DNA of 64,000 nucleotides from an uncultured Chloroflexia bacterium (GCA_963819655.1 CAWFXA010000002.1:96001-160000), one strand, 5' to 3'. Positions 1 to 10,001 are shown, counted from the stretch's first letter. The notes: generated by a model from the letters alone, not told the origin. Numbers and translations are program-made.

Positions 1-155
1 GCAAGCCCGCGCTCGAGCTGCTCTCGACGCTCGTCGGCGGGCTGGCGTATGGCTGGCTGACATGGCGGACGCGATCGATCGTGTGGGGATCGATCGCGCA
101 CGTGTACATCCTCAGCCTGGTCACGGTCGCGGCAGCCCAGTCGCCCGGTCCCTGA
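1..155 (+). CDS. CPBP/CAAX-family intramembrane protease, 3' end (partial)
   Basis: Frame 3 reads KPALELLSTLVGGLAYGWLTWRTRSIVWGSIAHVYIL..., matching the R-x-x-S-I-x5-H end of CPBP proteins; TGA at 153-155. Confidence 0.7.
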   Translation, partial: KPALELLSTLVGGLAYGWLTWRTRSIVWGSIAHVYILSLVTVAAAQSPGP

Positions 156-158
156 GGG

Positions 159-650
159 TCAGGCCCGAGCGGCGCCCCCTGCCCCCCAGCGCTTGAGCTC
201 GGCATCCATGTCGAGGGGCATCACGACGCCCTTGCTCTCGAACTCACCCCACGCCTCACGCGGGACGCGCCACATGATCTCGAACTCGTTGCCGTCCGGG
301 TCCGCTCCGTACAGCGACTTGCTCACGCCGTGGTCGGAGGCACCACCGAGTGCGCCCTCGGCCGACAGGGTTTCCGCGGCCATCGCGAGATCCTCGATCG
401 TGGGAACCTCCCAAGCCAGGTGGTAGAGCCCGACCGAGCCGCGGGGCGGGCGCGGCGCGTCCGGCCCGACTGAGAACAGGCCGAGGTCGTGGTGGTTCTC
501 GCCGTCAGCGGACCGCATGAACACGGCCCGCCCGCCGAAGGCCGACTCGACGACCTCGAAACCGAAGACCCGGCCGTAGAACTCGGCGGCGGCCGTGGCG
601 TCGCGCACATACAGGACTGCGTGGTTGAGGCGTGCGACCGGGATGGTCAT
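159..650 (-). CDS. VOC/glyoxalase family protein
   Basis: LNHAVLYVRD, HHDLGL, GLYHLAWEV and DPDGNEFE motifs; ATG at 650 preceded by TAGCCT -10-like hexamer. Confidence 0.9.
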   Translation of the reverse strand: MTIPVARLNHAVLYVRDATAAAEFYGRVFGFEVVESAFGGRAVFMRSADGENHHDLGLFSVGPDAPRPPRGSVGLYHLAWEVPTIEDLAMAAETLSAEGALGGASDHGVSKSLYGADPDGNEFEIMWRVPREAWGEFESKGVVMPLDMDAELKRWGAGGAARA

Positions 651-723
651 CAGCGGGAAGGCTAGCCCCTCCAGCTGTCGCGCGCGAGCGAGCGCGACGC
701 GCCTGAGCCCGTACCATCCCCCT

Positions 724-1500
724 GTGACCCGACGCGCAGTGACGTACGCCTCGTACCTCAGGGTGCCGGAGCTGCTGTCGCTCCAGGTCGAACGCTCGGC
801 CGGACCTGACGGTGCGGAGCACGACGAGATGCTGTTCATCGTCGTCCATCAGGTCTACGAGCTGTGGTTCAAGTCGCTCCGGCACGAGCTTCGCGGCGTC
901 CAGCTGGCGCTCGAGGAGGGCGACACCGATCGGGCGCTCCACCTGCTGAACCGCGTCCTCAAGATCCTCAAGACGCTGGTCGCCCAGGTCGATGTCCTCG
1001 AGACCATGACGCCGCTGCAGTTCCTGTCCTTCCGCGATCGGCTGGATTCGGCGTCGGGTTTTCAGTCGGCCGGCTTTCGGGCGATCGAGGCGATGCTGGG
1101 CTCGCGCGAGCCATCGGCGGTCGACGCCCAACCGGAGGGTTCCGAGGCACGGCGGACGATCGAAGAGGCGCAGTCGGCGACGTCGGTGTGGGAATCGTTC
1201 CTCGGCTACCTCGTCGAGCGCGGCCATCCCGTGCCGGACGACGCCGGCCTGCCGGATGCACGCGTCCAGGACGTGCTGATCGCGGCGTACCGCGACGACG
1301 CGGACGCCGGCCTGGTCGCCGAGCGCCTGGTCGATCTCGACGAGGGCATCCAGGAATGGCGCTACAGGCACGTCAAGATGGTCGAACGGACGATCGGCAC
1401 GAAACGCGGCACCGGCGGCTCCAGCGGCGTCGAGTACCTGCGGGGGACGCTGTTCAGGCCGGCGTTCCCGGACCTGTGGGAGATCCGCTCCCGGCTCTAG
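724..1500 (+). CDS. kynA: Tryptophan 2,3-dioxygenase
   Basis: YxxYL, HDEMLFIVVHQVYELWFK, ASGFQS, WRYRH..MVERTIG and GTGGSSG signatures; GTG start 6 nt after TACCAT. Confidence 0.95.
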   Translation: MTRRAVTYASYLRVPELLSLQVERSAGPDGAEHDEMLFIVVHQVYELWFKSLRHELRGVQLALEEGDTDRALHLLNRVLKILKTLVAQVDVLETMTPLQFLSFRDRLDSASGFQSAGFRAIEAMLGSREPSAVDAQPEGSEARRTIEEAQSATSVWESFLGYLVERGHPVPDDAGLPDARVQDVLIAAYRDDADAGLVAERLVDLDEGIQEWRYRHVKMVERTIGTKRGTGGSSGVEYLRGTLFRPAFPDLWEIRSRL

Positions 1501-1512
1501 GCAGCCCGCCGA

Positions 1513-3447
1513 TCAGGCGGCCTGGCCCTCCCAGACGAGCCCGCGACCCCGCCGCCGGCGATCGCGCTGCGTCGAGACGTCCGCGTGGAAGACGGCGACC
1601 GCCATGGCCGCGACGGTCTTCTCCTGACCCGCCACGAACGCCAGCCCGATGTTGGCCTGGCCATCGTGGATCTCCGTGCGCCGGACCTCGACCTGCAGCT
1701 CCAGCCGGCGAGCCGGCAAGTCGAGCGTCAGCCACAGCTCGCCGGTGGAGTCGTCGACCCGAGCAGGGACGCGGATCCGTGCGCCGCTGACCGACAGGTC
1801 GAGCAGCTCGCCGTGCTGACCGGCGAGGCGTGCCGGGACATGCACCGGCAGGCGTGTGCCCGCACGGCGGTTACCCGCGAAGCGCGACGAGCGGATGCGG
1901 CGGATCGCCGACAGAAGGAGGGCCAAGTTGACGGCCATGAAGCCGGCGGCCCCGATCGCGGCCCAGGGCGTTCCGTAGCGCAGCGGCGTCAGACCCAGCA
2001 GCGTCGCCGTGAACCAGACGAGGCCGATCGAGGATGCCGCAGCCAGGACCGTCAGCAGCCGCGGGACCGGCGTCCGGTGTCCGGCGCTCGAGCTCCTGCC
2101 CTTCGGTGTGACCTTGAACGTCGCAGCCCTGTTCGGCCAGAACAGCGCGAGGGTCGCCGGCAGGACGGCCGGCATGCGCAACACCTCGAAAAGCACCGAC
2201 AGGATCGGCGGGTAGTGGCCCCGCGCCAGCAGCCGCAGCGCGATGAACTGGATGCCGAGGGTAGCCAGGAAGAACGGCGCGAAGATCGCACCCGGTGCGT
2301 CGATCGGGACCGCGCCCGTGGCGACGACCGCCAGCGGGATCGTGATATAGGCGAACGTCCGCCAGCTGTCGAACCAGCCGAACAGCGTGGTGAGGAACGC
2401 CAGGCGCTGGCCGGCCGTCAGGCCCCGCCCGAACAGCGGATTCTCCTTGCGCAGGACCTGCATCGCCCCGAGCGCCCAGCGGTTGCGCTGGATCAGGTAG
2501 GACGTCGCATCGTCCGGCGCCAGGCCGCGAGCGACCACTTCGTTGTGATACGCGCCGGTCCAGCCCTTGCGGAACATCCGCAGGGTGGTGTGGATGTCCT
2601 CGGTGACGCTGTCCGTGCTCACGCCGCCGACCGAGCGCAGCGCCTCGACTCGCACGAGCGCGCAGGTGCCGCACCAGAACGAAGCCTGCCAGCGGTTCTT
2701 TGCGGGCGCGATGACCCGATAGAAGACCGCCTCCTCGTTGAAGATCTGCCCGTTCCAGCGGCGCTGGTGCTCGAACGATTCGATGTTGTAGAAGTCCTGC
2801 GGCGATTGGACGAAAGCCAGCTGCGGATCGTGGAAGTACGGCAGGAGTGCTGTCAGGAACCGCGCCGTCGGGACGTGGTCCGCATCGAGCACGCCGATGA
2901 TGTCGGCCTTGATATGACCGAGCGCGTGGTTCAGGTTGCCGGCCTTCGCGTGCTTGTTGTCCGGCCGGGTCAGGTAGCGAGCCCCGAGCGTCTCCGCGAG
3001 GGTCCGGATCTCCTCGCGCTTGCCGTCGTCGAGGACCCAGGTCTCGTGCGCGGGCTTCAGGGCGACGGCCGCGGCGATCGTCGGCAGGAGTACGTCGGGC
3101 GGTTCGTTGTACGTCGGGATGAGGATGGCCACGCGAGCTCGTGGCGGTCGTTCGCCGGTCGCATGCGGTTGGACGTCGACGCGCCACAGGGCCACCGTGT
3201 ACAGCGTCAGGCCGAACGCGTTGTGGACCTCGACGACGAACAGCGGGATCGCGACCCACCACCACTCCGCAGAGATCGTGCCTCCCAGGCGCCACGCCAG
3301 ATAGGCGACCGTGACGCCGATGGCGAGGAGTGCCACGCCGTGGATCAGCGCCCGTCGGGCGGCGGACTCCGGCGCGGGCAGCGACCCGTCGCGGAAGATC
3401 GGCGGATCCGCTGGCACCGCCTTGGTAGCAGGCGCGGTGGTAAACAC
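1513..3447 (-). CDS. BcsA-like processive GT2 (cellulose synthase catalytic subunit) with C-terminal PilZ domain
   Basis: DDG, HAKAGNLN, DADH, TED and QRNRW motifs; TM helices; RAGTR and DLSVSG PilZ motifs; start chosen at GTG 3447 after TACGGT. Confidence 0.85.
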   Translation of the reverse strand: MFTTAPATKAVPADPPIFRDGSLPAPESAARRALIHGVALLAIGVTVAYLAWRLGGTISAEWWWVAIPLFVVEVHNAFGLTLYTVALWRVDVQPHATGERPPRARVAILIPTYNEPPDVLLPTIAAAVALKPAHETWVLDDGKREEIRTLAETLGARYLTRPDNKHAKAGNLNHALGHIKADIIGVLDADHVPTARFLTALLPYFHDPQLAFVQSPQDFYNIESFEHQRRWNGQIFNEEAVFYRVIAPAKNRWQASFWCGTCALVRVEALRSVGGVSTDSVTEDIHTTLRMFRKGWTGAYHNEVVARGLAPDDATSYLIQRNRWALGAMQVLRKENPLFGRGLTAGQRLAFLTTLFGWFDSWRTFAYITIPLAVVATGAVPIDAPGAIFAPFFLATLGIQFIALRLLARGHYPPILSVLFEVLRMPAVLPATLALFWPNRAATFKVTPKGRSSSAGHRTPVPRLLTVLAAASSIGLVWFTATLLGLTPLRYGTPWAAIGAAGFMAVNLALLLSAIRRIRSSRFAGNRRAGTRLPVHVPARLAGQHGELLDLSVSGARIRVPARVDDSTGELWLTLDLPARRLELQVEVRRTEIHDGQANIGLAFVAGQEKTVAAMAVAVFHADVSTQRDRRRRGRGLVWEGQAA

Positions 3448-3654
3448 CACCGGACCGTAGGGACGCAGACCGCTCCGAAACATCACGCGGGCGACCCAGC
3501 ACGGGTGACCCGAAAGTCCCACCCGAGCGATGGCCCACCTCGGCCACGGACGCGACCGACCCCGACGAAGGCGCTAGACTTCGCCGCGACCCCAAGTGTC
3601 CCCCGCGGGCTCCCCCACGTCCGCGGTCCCGTCATCTCGGAACAGGTGGTGCCC

Positions 3655-4803
3655 ATGAAGGTCGGTGTGGCCAAGGAGACCGCGCCCGGAGAGCGGCGCG
3701 TCGCCCTGGTGCCCGAAGCGCTCGGCAAGCTGCAGGCGGCCGGGCTCGAGATCCTCGTCGAGGCCGGCGCCGGGGACGGCGCCGCCATCCCGGACAGCGC
3801 GTTCACCGACGCGGGCGCAACGATCGTGCCGACCGACGCGCTCTACCAGCAGTCCGACGTCGTGCTCCGCGTCGCCAAGCCGGACAGGTCGGAGGTGTCG
3901 AGGCTGCGCACGGGCCAGGCTGTCATCGGCTTCCTCGCACCGCTGATCGACCCGAACCTCGCCAAGGATCTCGCCGCGAACGGCGTCACGGCCATCAGCC
4001 TCGATGCGATCCCGCGGACCCTGTCGCGGGCACAGTCGATGGACGCGCTCAGCAGCCAGGCGAACGTCGGCGGCTACAAGGCGGTGCTGATCGCCGCCAA
4101 CGCGTTCGGCCGCTACTTCCCGTTGCTCACCACGGCTGCCGGAACGGCCAAGCCGGCGAACGTGCTCATCCTGGGCATCGGTGTCGCGGGGCTCCAGGCG
4201 ATCGGCACAGCACGACGGCTCGGAGCGGTGGTCAAGGCGTACGACGTTCGACCGGAGACCCGCGAGCAGGCCGAGAGCCTTGGCGCGCAGTTCGTCAAGC
4301 TCAAGACCACGATCGACGCGACCGGCGCCGGCGGGTACGCCCGCGAGCTGACCGCCGAGGAGCGCGCTGCGCAGCAGGCCGAGCTCAACGAAGTGATCGG
4401 CGGCATGGACGTCGTCATCACCACGGCCCAGGTCCCGGGCCGCAAGCCGCCTGTGCTCGTGACCGCCGACGCCGTCGCGAAGATGAAGCCTGGCTCGGTC
4501 ATCGTCGACATGGCCGCCAGCACCCTGGGCGGCAACTGCGAGCTGTCGGAGGTCGGGGAGACCGTCGTGACGCCGAACGGTGTCACGATCATCGCGCCCG
4601 ACAACCTGCCGGCCAGCATGCCGGCCGGCGCGTCCGCGTTCTACGCCCGCAACATCTCGGCGCTCCTGCTCGGGATGGTCAAGGACGGATCGCTCAACCT
4701 CGACTTCGAGGATGAGGTCACGAAAGCCACGGTCATCACCAAGGACGGCGCGGTCGTGTCCGACGCCGTGAACAAGCTGCTCAACCCCGGAGGCCAGCCA
4801 TGA
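3655..4803 (+). CDS. pntAA: NAD(P) transhydrogenase subunit alpha part 1
   Basis: MKVGVAKE..GERRVAL, RAQSMDALSSQAN, GIGVAGLQA, GGNCE. Confidence 0.95.
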   Translation: MKVGVAKETAPGERRVALVPEALGKLQAAGLEILVEAGAGDGAAIPDSAFTDAGATIVPTDALYQQSDVVLRVAKPDRSEVSRLRTGQAVIGFLAPLIDPNLAKDLAANGVTAISLDAIPRTLSRAQSMDALSSQANVGGYKAVLIAANAFGRYFPLLTTAAGTAKPANVLILGIGVAGLQAIGTARRLGAVVKAYDVRPETREQAESLGAQFVKLKTTIDATGAGGYARELTAEERAAQQAELNEVIGGMDVVITTAQVPGRKPPVLVTADAVAKMKPGSVIVDMAASTLGGNCELSEVGETVVTPNGVTIIAPDNLPASMPAGASAFYARNISALLLGMVKDGSLNLDFEDEVTKATVITKDGAVVSDAVNKLLNPGGQP

Positions 4804-5132
4804 CCCCCGAACAGATCGACACGCTGATCACGGGGCTGACGATCTTCACGCTCGCGATCCTCGTCGGGTTCGCGGTCATCAGCAAGGTCCCGGCCACCCT
4901 CCACACGCCGCTGATGTCTGGCGCCAACTCGATCCACGGGATCGTGCTGGTCGGGGCGATGCTCATCGCAGCCGAGGCGCGCGGCGGGCTGAGCCAGGCC
5001 CTGTCGCTCATCGCGGTCGCCTTCGCAACGATGAACGTCGTCGGTGGCTACGTCGTCACCGACAGGATGCTCCAGATGTTCCGGAAGCGACCTGTCGCGC
5101 CCAAGCCGGTCGCCGACGAGCCGGAGGCCTAG
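4800..5132 (+). CDS. pntAB: NAD(P) transhydrogenase subunit alpha part 2
   Basis: VPATLHTPLMSGANSIHG, NVVGGYVVTDRMLQMF; ATGA overlap with the upstream gene. Confidence 0.95.
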   Translation: MTPEQIDTLITGLTIFTLAILVGFAVISKVPATLHTPLMSGANSIHGIVLVGAMLIAAEARGGLSQALSLIAVAFATMNVVGGYVVTDRMLQMFRKRPVAPKPVADEPEA

Positions 5133-5135
5133 CCG

Positions 5136-6578
5136 GTGACCACGCTCCAGCTCATCGAGATCCTCGTTCGGATCGCCTGGCTCGCGGGCGCCGTGGCGTT
5201 CGTCATCGGTCTGGCCCGGATGAACTCGCCGGCCACCGCGCGAAACGGAAACCTCGTGTCGGCCGGCGGGATGATCCTCGCGATCGTCGCCACCGCGATC
5301 CTTATCCTGTCCCGCCAGCTGCTCGCGCCCGAGAGCTTCGGGATCCGCGCCTCGGGCTGGGCCCTCATCGCGGGTGGGATCATCATCGGTGGCGGGCTGG
5401 GCCTGTACACGGCCCGCGTCGTGAAGATGACCGCGATGCCGCAGCTGGTGTCGCTGTTCAACGCGGTCGGCGGCGGCGCCGCCGCCCTCATCGGGATCGA
5501 CGATTACCTGGGTCTTGTCGGCGGCGGCCACGTCCGTCTCGATGAGCACGTCTTCGTCGTGCTCGACATCATCATCGGCTCGATCACGTTCACCGGGTCG
5601 CTCATCGCGTCCGGCAAGCTCCAGGGCCTCATCCCGGGCAAGCCGATCCTGATCCCAGGCGGCCGGCTGGTGACTCTCGCGCTCGCGGCGATCGCGGTCA
5701 TCGCCTCGGCCATCCTGTTCGTCACGGGCACGCCGAGCCTTGCCCTGATCCTGCTGATCCTCGCCGCGTCACTGATCTTCGGGGTGACGATGACCCTGCC
5801 GATCGGCGGCGCCGACATGCCGGTCGTCATCAGCCTCTTGAACTCGTTCACAGGCACCGCGGTCGCGATGGCCGGCTTCGTCCTCGAGAACCCGGTCCTC
5901 ATCATCGCTGGCGCACTCGTCGGTGCATCGGGCGCGATCCTGACCAAGCTCATGGCCGACGCGATGAACCGGTCCGTGCTCAACATCATGCTCGGTGGCT
6001 TCGGCGGGGGCGACGACGCGGCCGGTGCCGCCGTGGCAGGCGCCGGCGGCTCGGTCCGCTCGATCAGCGCGGACGACGTCGCGATCCAGCTCGCGTACGC
6101 GCAGCACGTGATCATCGTCCCGGGCTACGGCCTGGCCGTGGCGCAAGCGCAGCACGCGGTCCGCGAGCTGGCCGAGCTGCTCGAGGCGCGCGGTGTCGAC
6201 GTCAAGTACGCGATCCATCCGGTCGCCGGCCGGATGCCGGGTCACATGAACGTGCTCCTTGCCGAGGCCAACGTGCCGTATCCCCAGCTCAAGGAGATGG
6301 ATGACATCAACCCGGAGTTCGAGCGGGCGGATGTGGCCCTCGTCATCGGCGCCAACGACGTGACGAACCCGGCTGCGCGACGGCCCGGGTCACCCGTGTC
6401 GGGGATGCCGATCCTCGACGTGGACAAGGCCAAGTCGATCGTGGTCATCAAGCGCTCGATGGGCCGCGGCTACGCCGGCATCGACAACGAGCTGTACACG
6501 AACGACAAGACCGGGATGCTCTTCGCCGACGCGAAGGAGGGTCTCGCGGCGCTGACCGCGGCGGTCAAGGCGCTCTAG
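5136..6578 (+). CDS. pntB: NAD(P) transhydrogenase subunit beta
   Basis: MTAMPQLV, IGGADMPVVISLLNS, HPVAGRMPGHMNVLLAEA, GANDVTNPAA. Confidence 0.95.
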   Translation: MTTLQLIEILVRIAWLAGAVAFVIGLARMNSPATARNGNLVSAGGMILAIVATAILILSRQLLAPESFGIRASGWALIAGGIIIGGGLGLYTARVVKMTAMPQLVSLFNAVGGGAAALIGIDDYLGLVGGGHVRLDEHVFVVLDIIIGSITFTGSLIASGKLQGLIPGKPILIPGGRLVTLALAAIAVIASAILFVTGTPSLALILLILAASLIFGVTMTLPIGGADMPVVISLLNSFTGTAVAMAGFVLENPVLIIAGALVGASGAILTKLMADAMNRSVLNIMLGGFGGGDDAAGAAVAGAGGSVRSISADDVAIQLAYAQHVIIVPGYGLAVAQAQHAVRELAELLEARGVDVKYAIHPVAGRMPGHMNVLLAEANVPYPQLKEMDDINPEFERADVALVIGANDVTNPAARRPGSPVSGMPILDVDKAKSIVVIKRSMGRGYAGIDNELYTNDKTGMLFADAKEGLAALTAAVKAL

Positions 6579-6899
6579 GGAGGGTGCCTTTGCCGCGGGG
6601 CCGAGCGGCGGTCGTACGTGTACCGCGGCGCCCCTGGGCCCCTCAGCGCAGCCTTTTCTTGCCAAATGTCCGCCAGGCGGTCATTTGGTCAAGCACCGCG
6701 GGTCGCCACTGACGGTTCGGTGCATGGTCATGCGTCGAGCTGGATAGATCCATGCGGCACGACCGCCGACCTTGCATAGTCATGCGCGATCCGAGCCCGC
6801 CAGGAGTCCGCTGGGCCTGACGAGTGCTCACCTGATGATCTTTTGACAGGAACCCGGCGATGCGCAGGGTTCGGCGCGCCCGACCCGACCGGACGGGCC

Positions 6900-8039
6900 C
6901 TACGCCGACGGCACCACCGCTGCCGTCCGCGGGGCGACCGACGTGTCAGAGATCTCCAGGGGCGCGAGCGACCCGAGCGACTCGGCCACGACCACCGCGT
7001 CGTCGTCCCGCTGCAGTACGAAGTCGGCGCTCGGGTTCACGAAGGCGTGCCCGCCCCGGTTCACCGAGAGCAGGGTCGCTTGATGCTCGGTCCGGAGGCG
7101 TGCCGCGACCGCGTCGATCGACAGTCCGATGTACTCGTCGGGCAGGCCGATCCTGTACAGCTCCGATCCCTCGCCGCCTGACACGATGTCGGTGATGATC
7201 CCGGTCAGACCCGGGTACAGCGCCGACCGGGCCAGCAGATGCGAGGCCATCTTCGAGGTCACGAGCAGCTCGTCCACGTCAGTGCGCCGGAAATGGACCT
7301 CGTGCTTCGGGTTATTGACCTCGGCCACGGTTCGCACGCCTGGAGCGGCATGCTCGATCGCGAGGATCGTCAGGATCGAGTGCATGTCGGCATCGTCGGT
7401 GGCGTCGCGCGGAAAGATGAGCGCGGCCGATGCGTCCTCGATGCCGGCCCGCTTGAGGTCGTCGTCATTCGTCGGATCGCCGCGGACGAAGTACACCCCG
7501 TCGCCGGCTGGATTCTTGTCGAGATCGGCAAGCACGACGACCTTCGATCGATAGTCGTCGCCCTTCAGTTCCGCGATGAGGTCGCGCGCCGTGGTGTTCC
7601 AACCACAGACGACGATGTGGTCCTTATACCCGGAAGCACCCAAGCCCTGACCCTCCTTGAGCAGGAAATCGATGACCAGCGCGACCAGCGCGCCGGTGAT
7701 CATCCCCAGCATGGCGACCCCGAACAGGATGAGGAACCAGCCGATGAGCCGCCCGGCTGGCGACGTCACGTAGCCCGAATCGCCCTGCCCGAGCACTGTG
7801 GCGATCCCCCAGTTGAATGAGTCGAAGATCGATTCGAAGGTCCACGACTTCTCGAAGAGCGTGATCAGGACCGCGGCCACCAGGACGAACCCGATGATCC
7901 CCTGCGCGAGCGACAGGAAGAACCGGCGATCGAGCTGCCCGCGCATCCGCTGCACGTGCCACATCACGCGACGGACGAGCGGCGAATCGAGGAGCGGAAG
8001 CGACCGCGGGATCGACCGCGGCAGACGGGGTCGCCTCAT
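6900..8039 (-). CDS. 2-TM ion channel with RCK (TrkA-N/TrkA-C) domains
   Basis: Two TM helices around a pore loop TVLGQGD, then HIVVCGW Rossmann-type RCK and RCK-C. Confidence 0.85.
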   Translation of the reverse strand: MRRPRLPRSIPRSLPLLDSPLVRRVMWHVQRMRGQLDRRFFLSLAQGIIGFVLVAAVLITLFEKSWTFESIFDSFNWGIATVLGQGDSGYVTSPAGRLIGWFLILFGVAMLGMITGALVALVIDFLLKEGQGLGASGYKDHIVVCGWNTTARDLIAELKGDDYRSKVVVLADLDKNPAGDGVYFVRGDPTNDDDLKRAGIEDASAALIFPRDATDDADMHSILTILAIEHAAPGVRTVAEVNNPKHEVHFRRTDVDELLVTSKMASHLLARSALYPGLTGIITDIVSGGEGSELYRIGLPDEYIGLSIDAVAARLRTEHQATLLSVNRGGHAFVNPSADFVLQRDDDAVVVAESLGSLAPLEISDTSVAPRTAAVVPSA

Positions 8040-8088
8040 CCGCCCGATCGTGCCATACGGTCAACCCCCTCGCCAGTCGCAAGCGCGG

Positions 8089-8763
8089 TCAGTCGCCGAC
8101 CGCGTGCGAGTCGTCCATCTCGACGCCTTCCGTCGCGGCGACCGCTGCCGTCATCGCGGCACCGCTCTCGACGTCGGCGGTCCGGACCTCGAGGTCGATC
8201 TCCAGGCGACCGCCGCCGGTCCCCTTGGTGGACAGATGAGCGATCGTCCCGTGCTCCTTCTCGATCAGGGAGACGAGCCGGGCGATCACGGCCGGGTCGG
8301 CGGCCCACAGCCGCATCTGGACCTGATGGCGCTCGCGGCCGCTGATCCTCTCGGTCACCAGGCCGAGCGGCCACAGCGAGAAGATGGCGATCGCCGTCAC
8401 GGTGATCGCGACGACCCATGCCCCCGCACCGGCGGCCATCCCCACCGCCGCGACGGACCACAGGCTGGCGGCCGTCGTGAGCCCCCGGACCGTGGCGCCT
8501 TCCTTGAGGATCGCGCCGGCGCCGAGGAAGCCGACCCCCGACACGACCTGCGCCGCGATCCGGGCGGGGTCTGAACCGGGCGCCGTGAACGCGGCGATGG
8601 ACAGGACGGTGAAGCCGGCCGACCCGAGCGATACGAGCAGGTGCGTCCGCATCCCTGCGGGATGCTCATGGATCTCGCGCTCGAGACCGACCACTGCGCC
8701 CAGGATCGCAGCGACGACCAGTCGGAGTGCGTAGCCGGTATCCGCGGCAAGGTCGATCGGCAT
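8089..8763 (-). CDS. MgtC/SapB family protein
   Basis: GLERE..AGMRTH, DPARIAAQVVSGVGFLGAG, GLTTAASLW. Confidence 0.92.
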   Translation of the reverse strand: MPIDLAADTGYALRLVVAAILGAVVGLEREIHEHPAGMRTHLLVSLGSAGFTVLSIAAFTAPGSDPARIAAQVVSGVGFLGAGAILKEGATVRGLTTAASLWSVAAVGMAAGAGAWVVAITVTAIAIFSLWPLGLVTERISGRERHQVQMRLWAADPAVIARLVSLIEKEHGTIAHLSTKGTGGGRLEIDLEVRTADVESGAAMTAAVAATEGVEMDDSHAVGD

Positions 8764-8775
8764 CGGACAGCCAGT

Positions 8776-9403
8776 CTACGCGCGGGCTGTGGCCACGAGC
8801 AGGCCGCCACCGACCATGTCCAGGGTCGCGTCGATGATCTTGTCGCGGTCGCTGCGCGGCAGCATCCCGTCTCCCAACAGGACGGCGGCACCGTGCACCG
8901 CGACCCACGCCGGTGCCTCGGCACCCGCCCGTGGGACGGCCAGCAGCCCGGCGCTGTCGAGCGTGTCCAGCGCGCTCTGACAAGAGCGCGTAGGGGGATG
9001 GGTCGTCGGGCACGTACAGCTCAGGCGGGCAGGCCCGGAACGCGACCTCGAACAGGCCCGGCTCATCGAGGGCGAACTCGATGTAGGCACGACCGGTGGC
9101 CCGGAGGCGGTCGACCGCGGCGCGGTCAGATCCCTCCCCGACCGCGGCGACCGCGGCGATCATCCGCCGGGCGAGGGCCTCGCGAGCCTCGGACGCGACC
9201 TGCGCGAGCAGGCCCTCGCGGGATGGGAAGTGGCGGTAGGCGGCACTGGCCGACACGCCGACGCGTCGCGCGACCTCTCGGAGCGAGACGTTCTCCGCCC
9301 CGCCGACCGCGGCGAGCTCGGTCGCGGCATCGACCAGCGCACGCCGAAGGTCGCCGTGATGGTAGGGGCGAACTGGCGCCTTCTCAGCGGTCATAGCGGC
9401 CAT
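8776..9403 (-). pseudogene. TetR/AcrR regulator (WHG-type C-terminus) split by a frameshift near 8972
   Basis: YHHGDLRRALV..SLREVARRVGVS..AYRHF HTH in one frame; ALDTL..AWVAVHG C-terminus in another; one extra C in tca gag C gcg ctg. Confidence 0.8.
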
Positions 9404-9450
9404 ATGTTGACATCGTTCACATCAGTCCGTAAAGTAGACACTGTTCACAT
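9404..9450. promoter_or_regulatory. Two 19-bp imperfect palindromic operators, probable TetR sites
   Basis: ATGTTGACATCGTTCACAT (9404-9422) and AAGTAGACACTGTTCACAT (9432-9450) between divergent tetR and DUF4188 genes. Confidence 0.75.
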
Positions 9451-9494
9451 AACAGCCTCCGGCGAGTTGATCGGCGGAGAAGGGAGCAGCGGGC

Positions 9495-10001
9495 ATGGCC
9501 GACATCCTCAGCGGTCGCCACACGGCGGCCCTCGACGACGAGGTCGTCGTCTTCATCATCGGCATGCGGATCAACCGGCTGCGCCGATTCCGATCGTGGC
9601 TGCCGGCCTTCCGGGCCATGCCGCGGATGCTGCGCGAGCTGGCCGCCGATCCCTCCCTCGGCCTGCTCAACGTGCAGACCTTCTGGGCCGGGCGGGTGAT
9701 CGTGGGGGTGCAGTACTGGCGCTCGTTCGACCAGCTCGAGGCGTTCGCCCGTGCGGCGGACCACGAGCATCTGCCAGCGTGGCGTGAGTTCAATCGACTC
9801 GTCCGGGACAACGCCGATGTCGGGATCTTCCACGAGACGTACCGGGTCGGTCCTGGCACCGCCGAGACCTTCTACGGGAACATGCCGACCTTCGGGATGG
9901 CGGCCGCGGTCGGGATCGTGCCGGTCGCCCAGCGCGGACAATCCGCCGCGCGCCGCATGGGCACGACCACCGCGGATGAACCGGCTATCGCGCCCTACTG
10001 A
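9495..10001 (+). CDS. DUF4188 family monooxygenase-like protein
   Basis: VVFIIGMRIN, VQYWRSFDQLEAFA..H..AW, GIFHETY, YGNMP; GGGAG RBS. Confidence 0.85.
   Translation: MADILSGRHTAALDDEVVVFIIGMRINRLRRFRSWLPAFRAMPRMLRELAADPSLGLLNVQTFWAGRVIVGVQYWRSFDQLEAFARAADHEHLPAWREFNRLVRDNADVGIFHETYRVGPGTAETFYGNMPTFGMAAAVGIVPVAQRGQSAARRMGTTTADEPAIAPY

Noticed and set aside
1585-3654. N-terminal 690 aa of the 1072-aa ORF, suggesting a giant PntA fusion
   Set aside because: Antisense shadow of the cellulose synthase gene; PntA homology begins at ATG 3655 after an AGGTGG RBS
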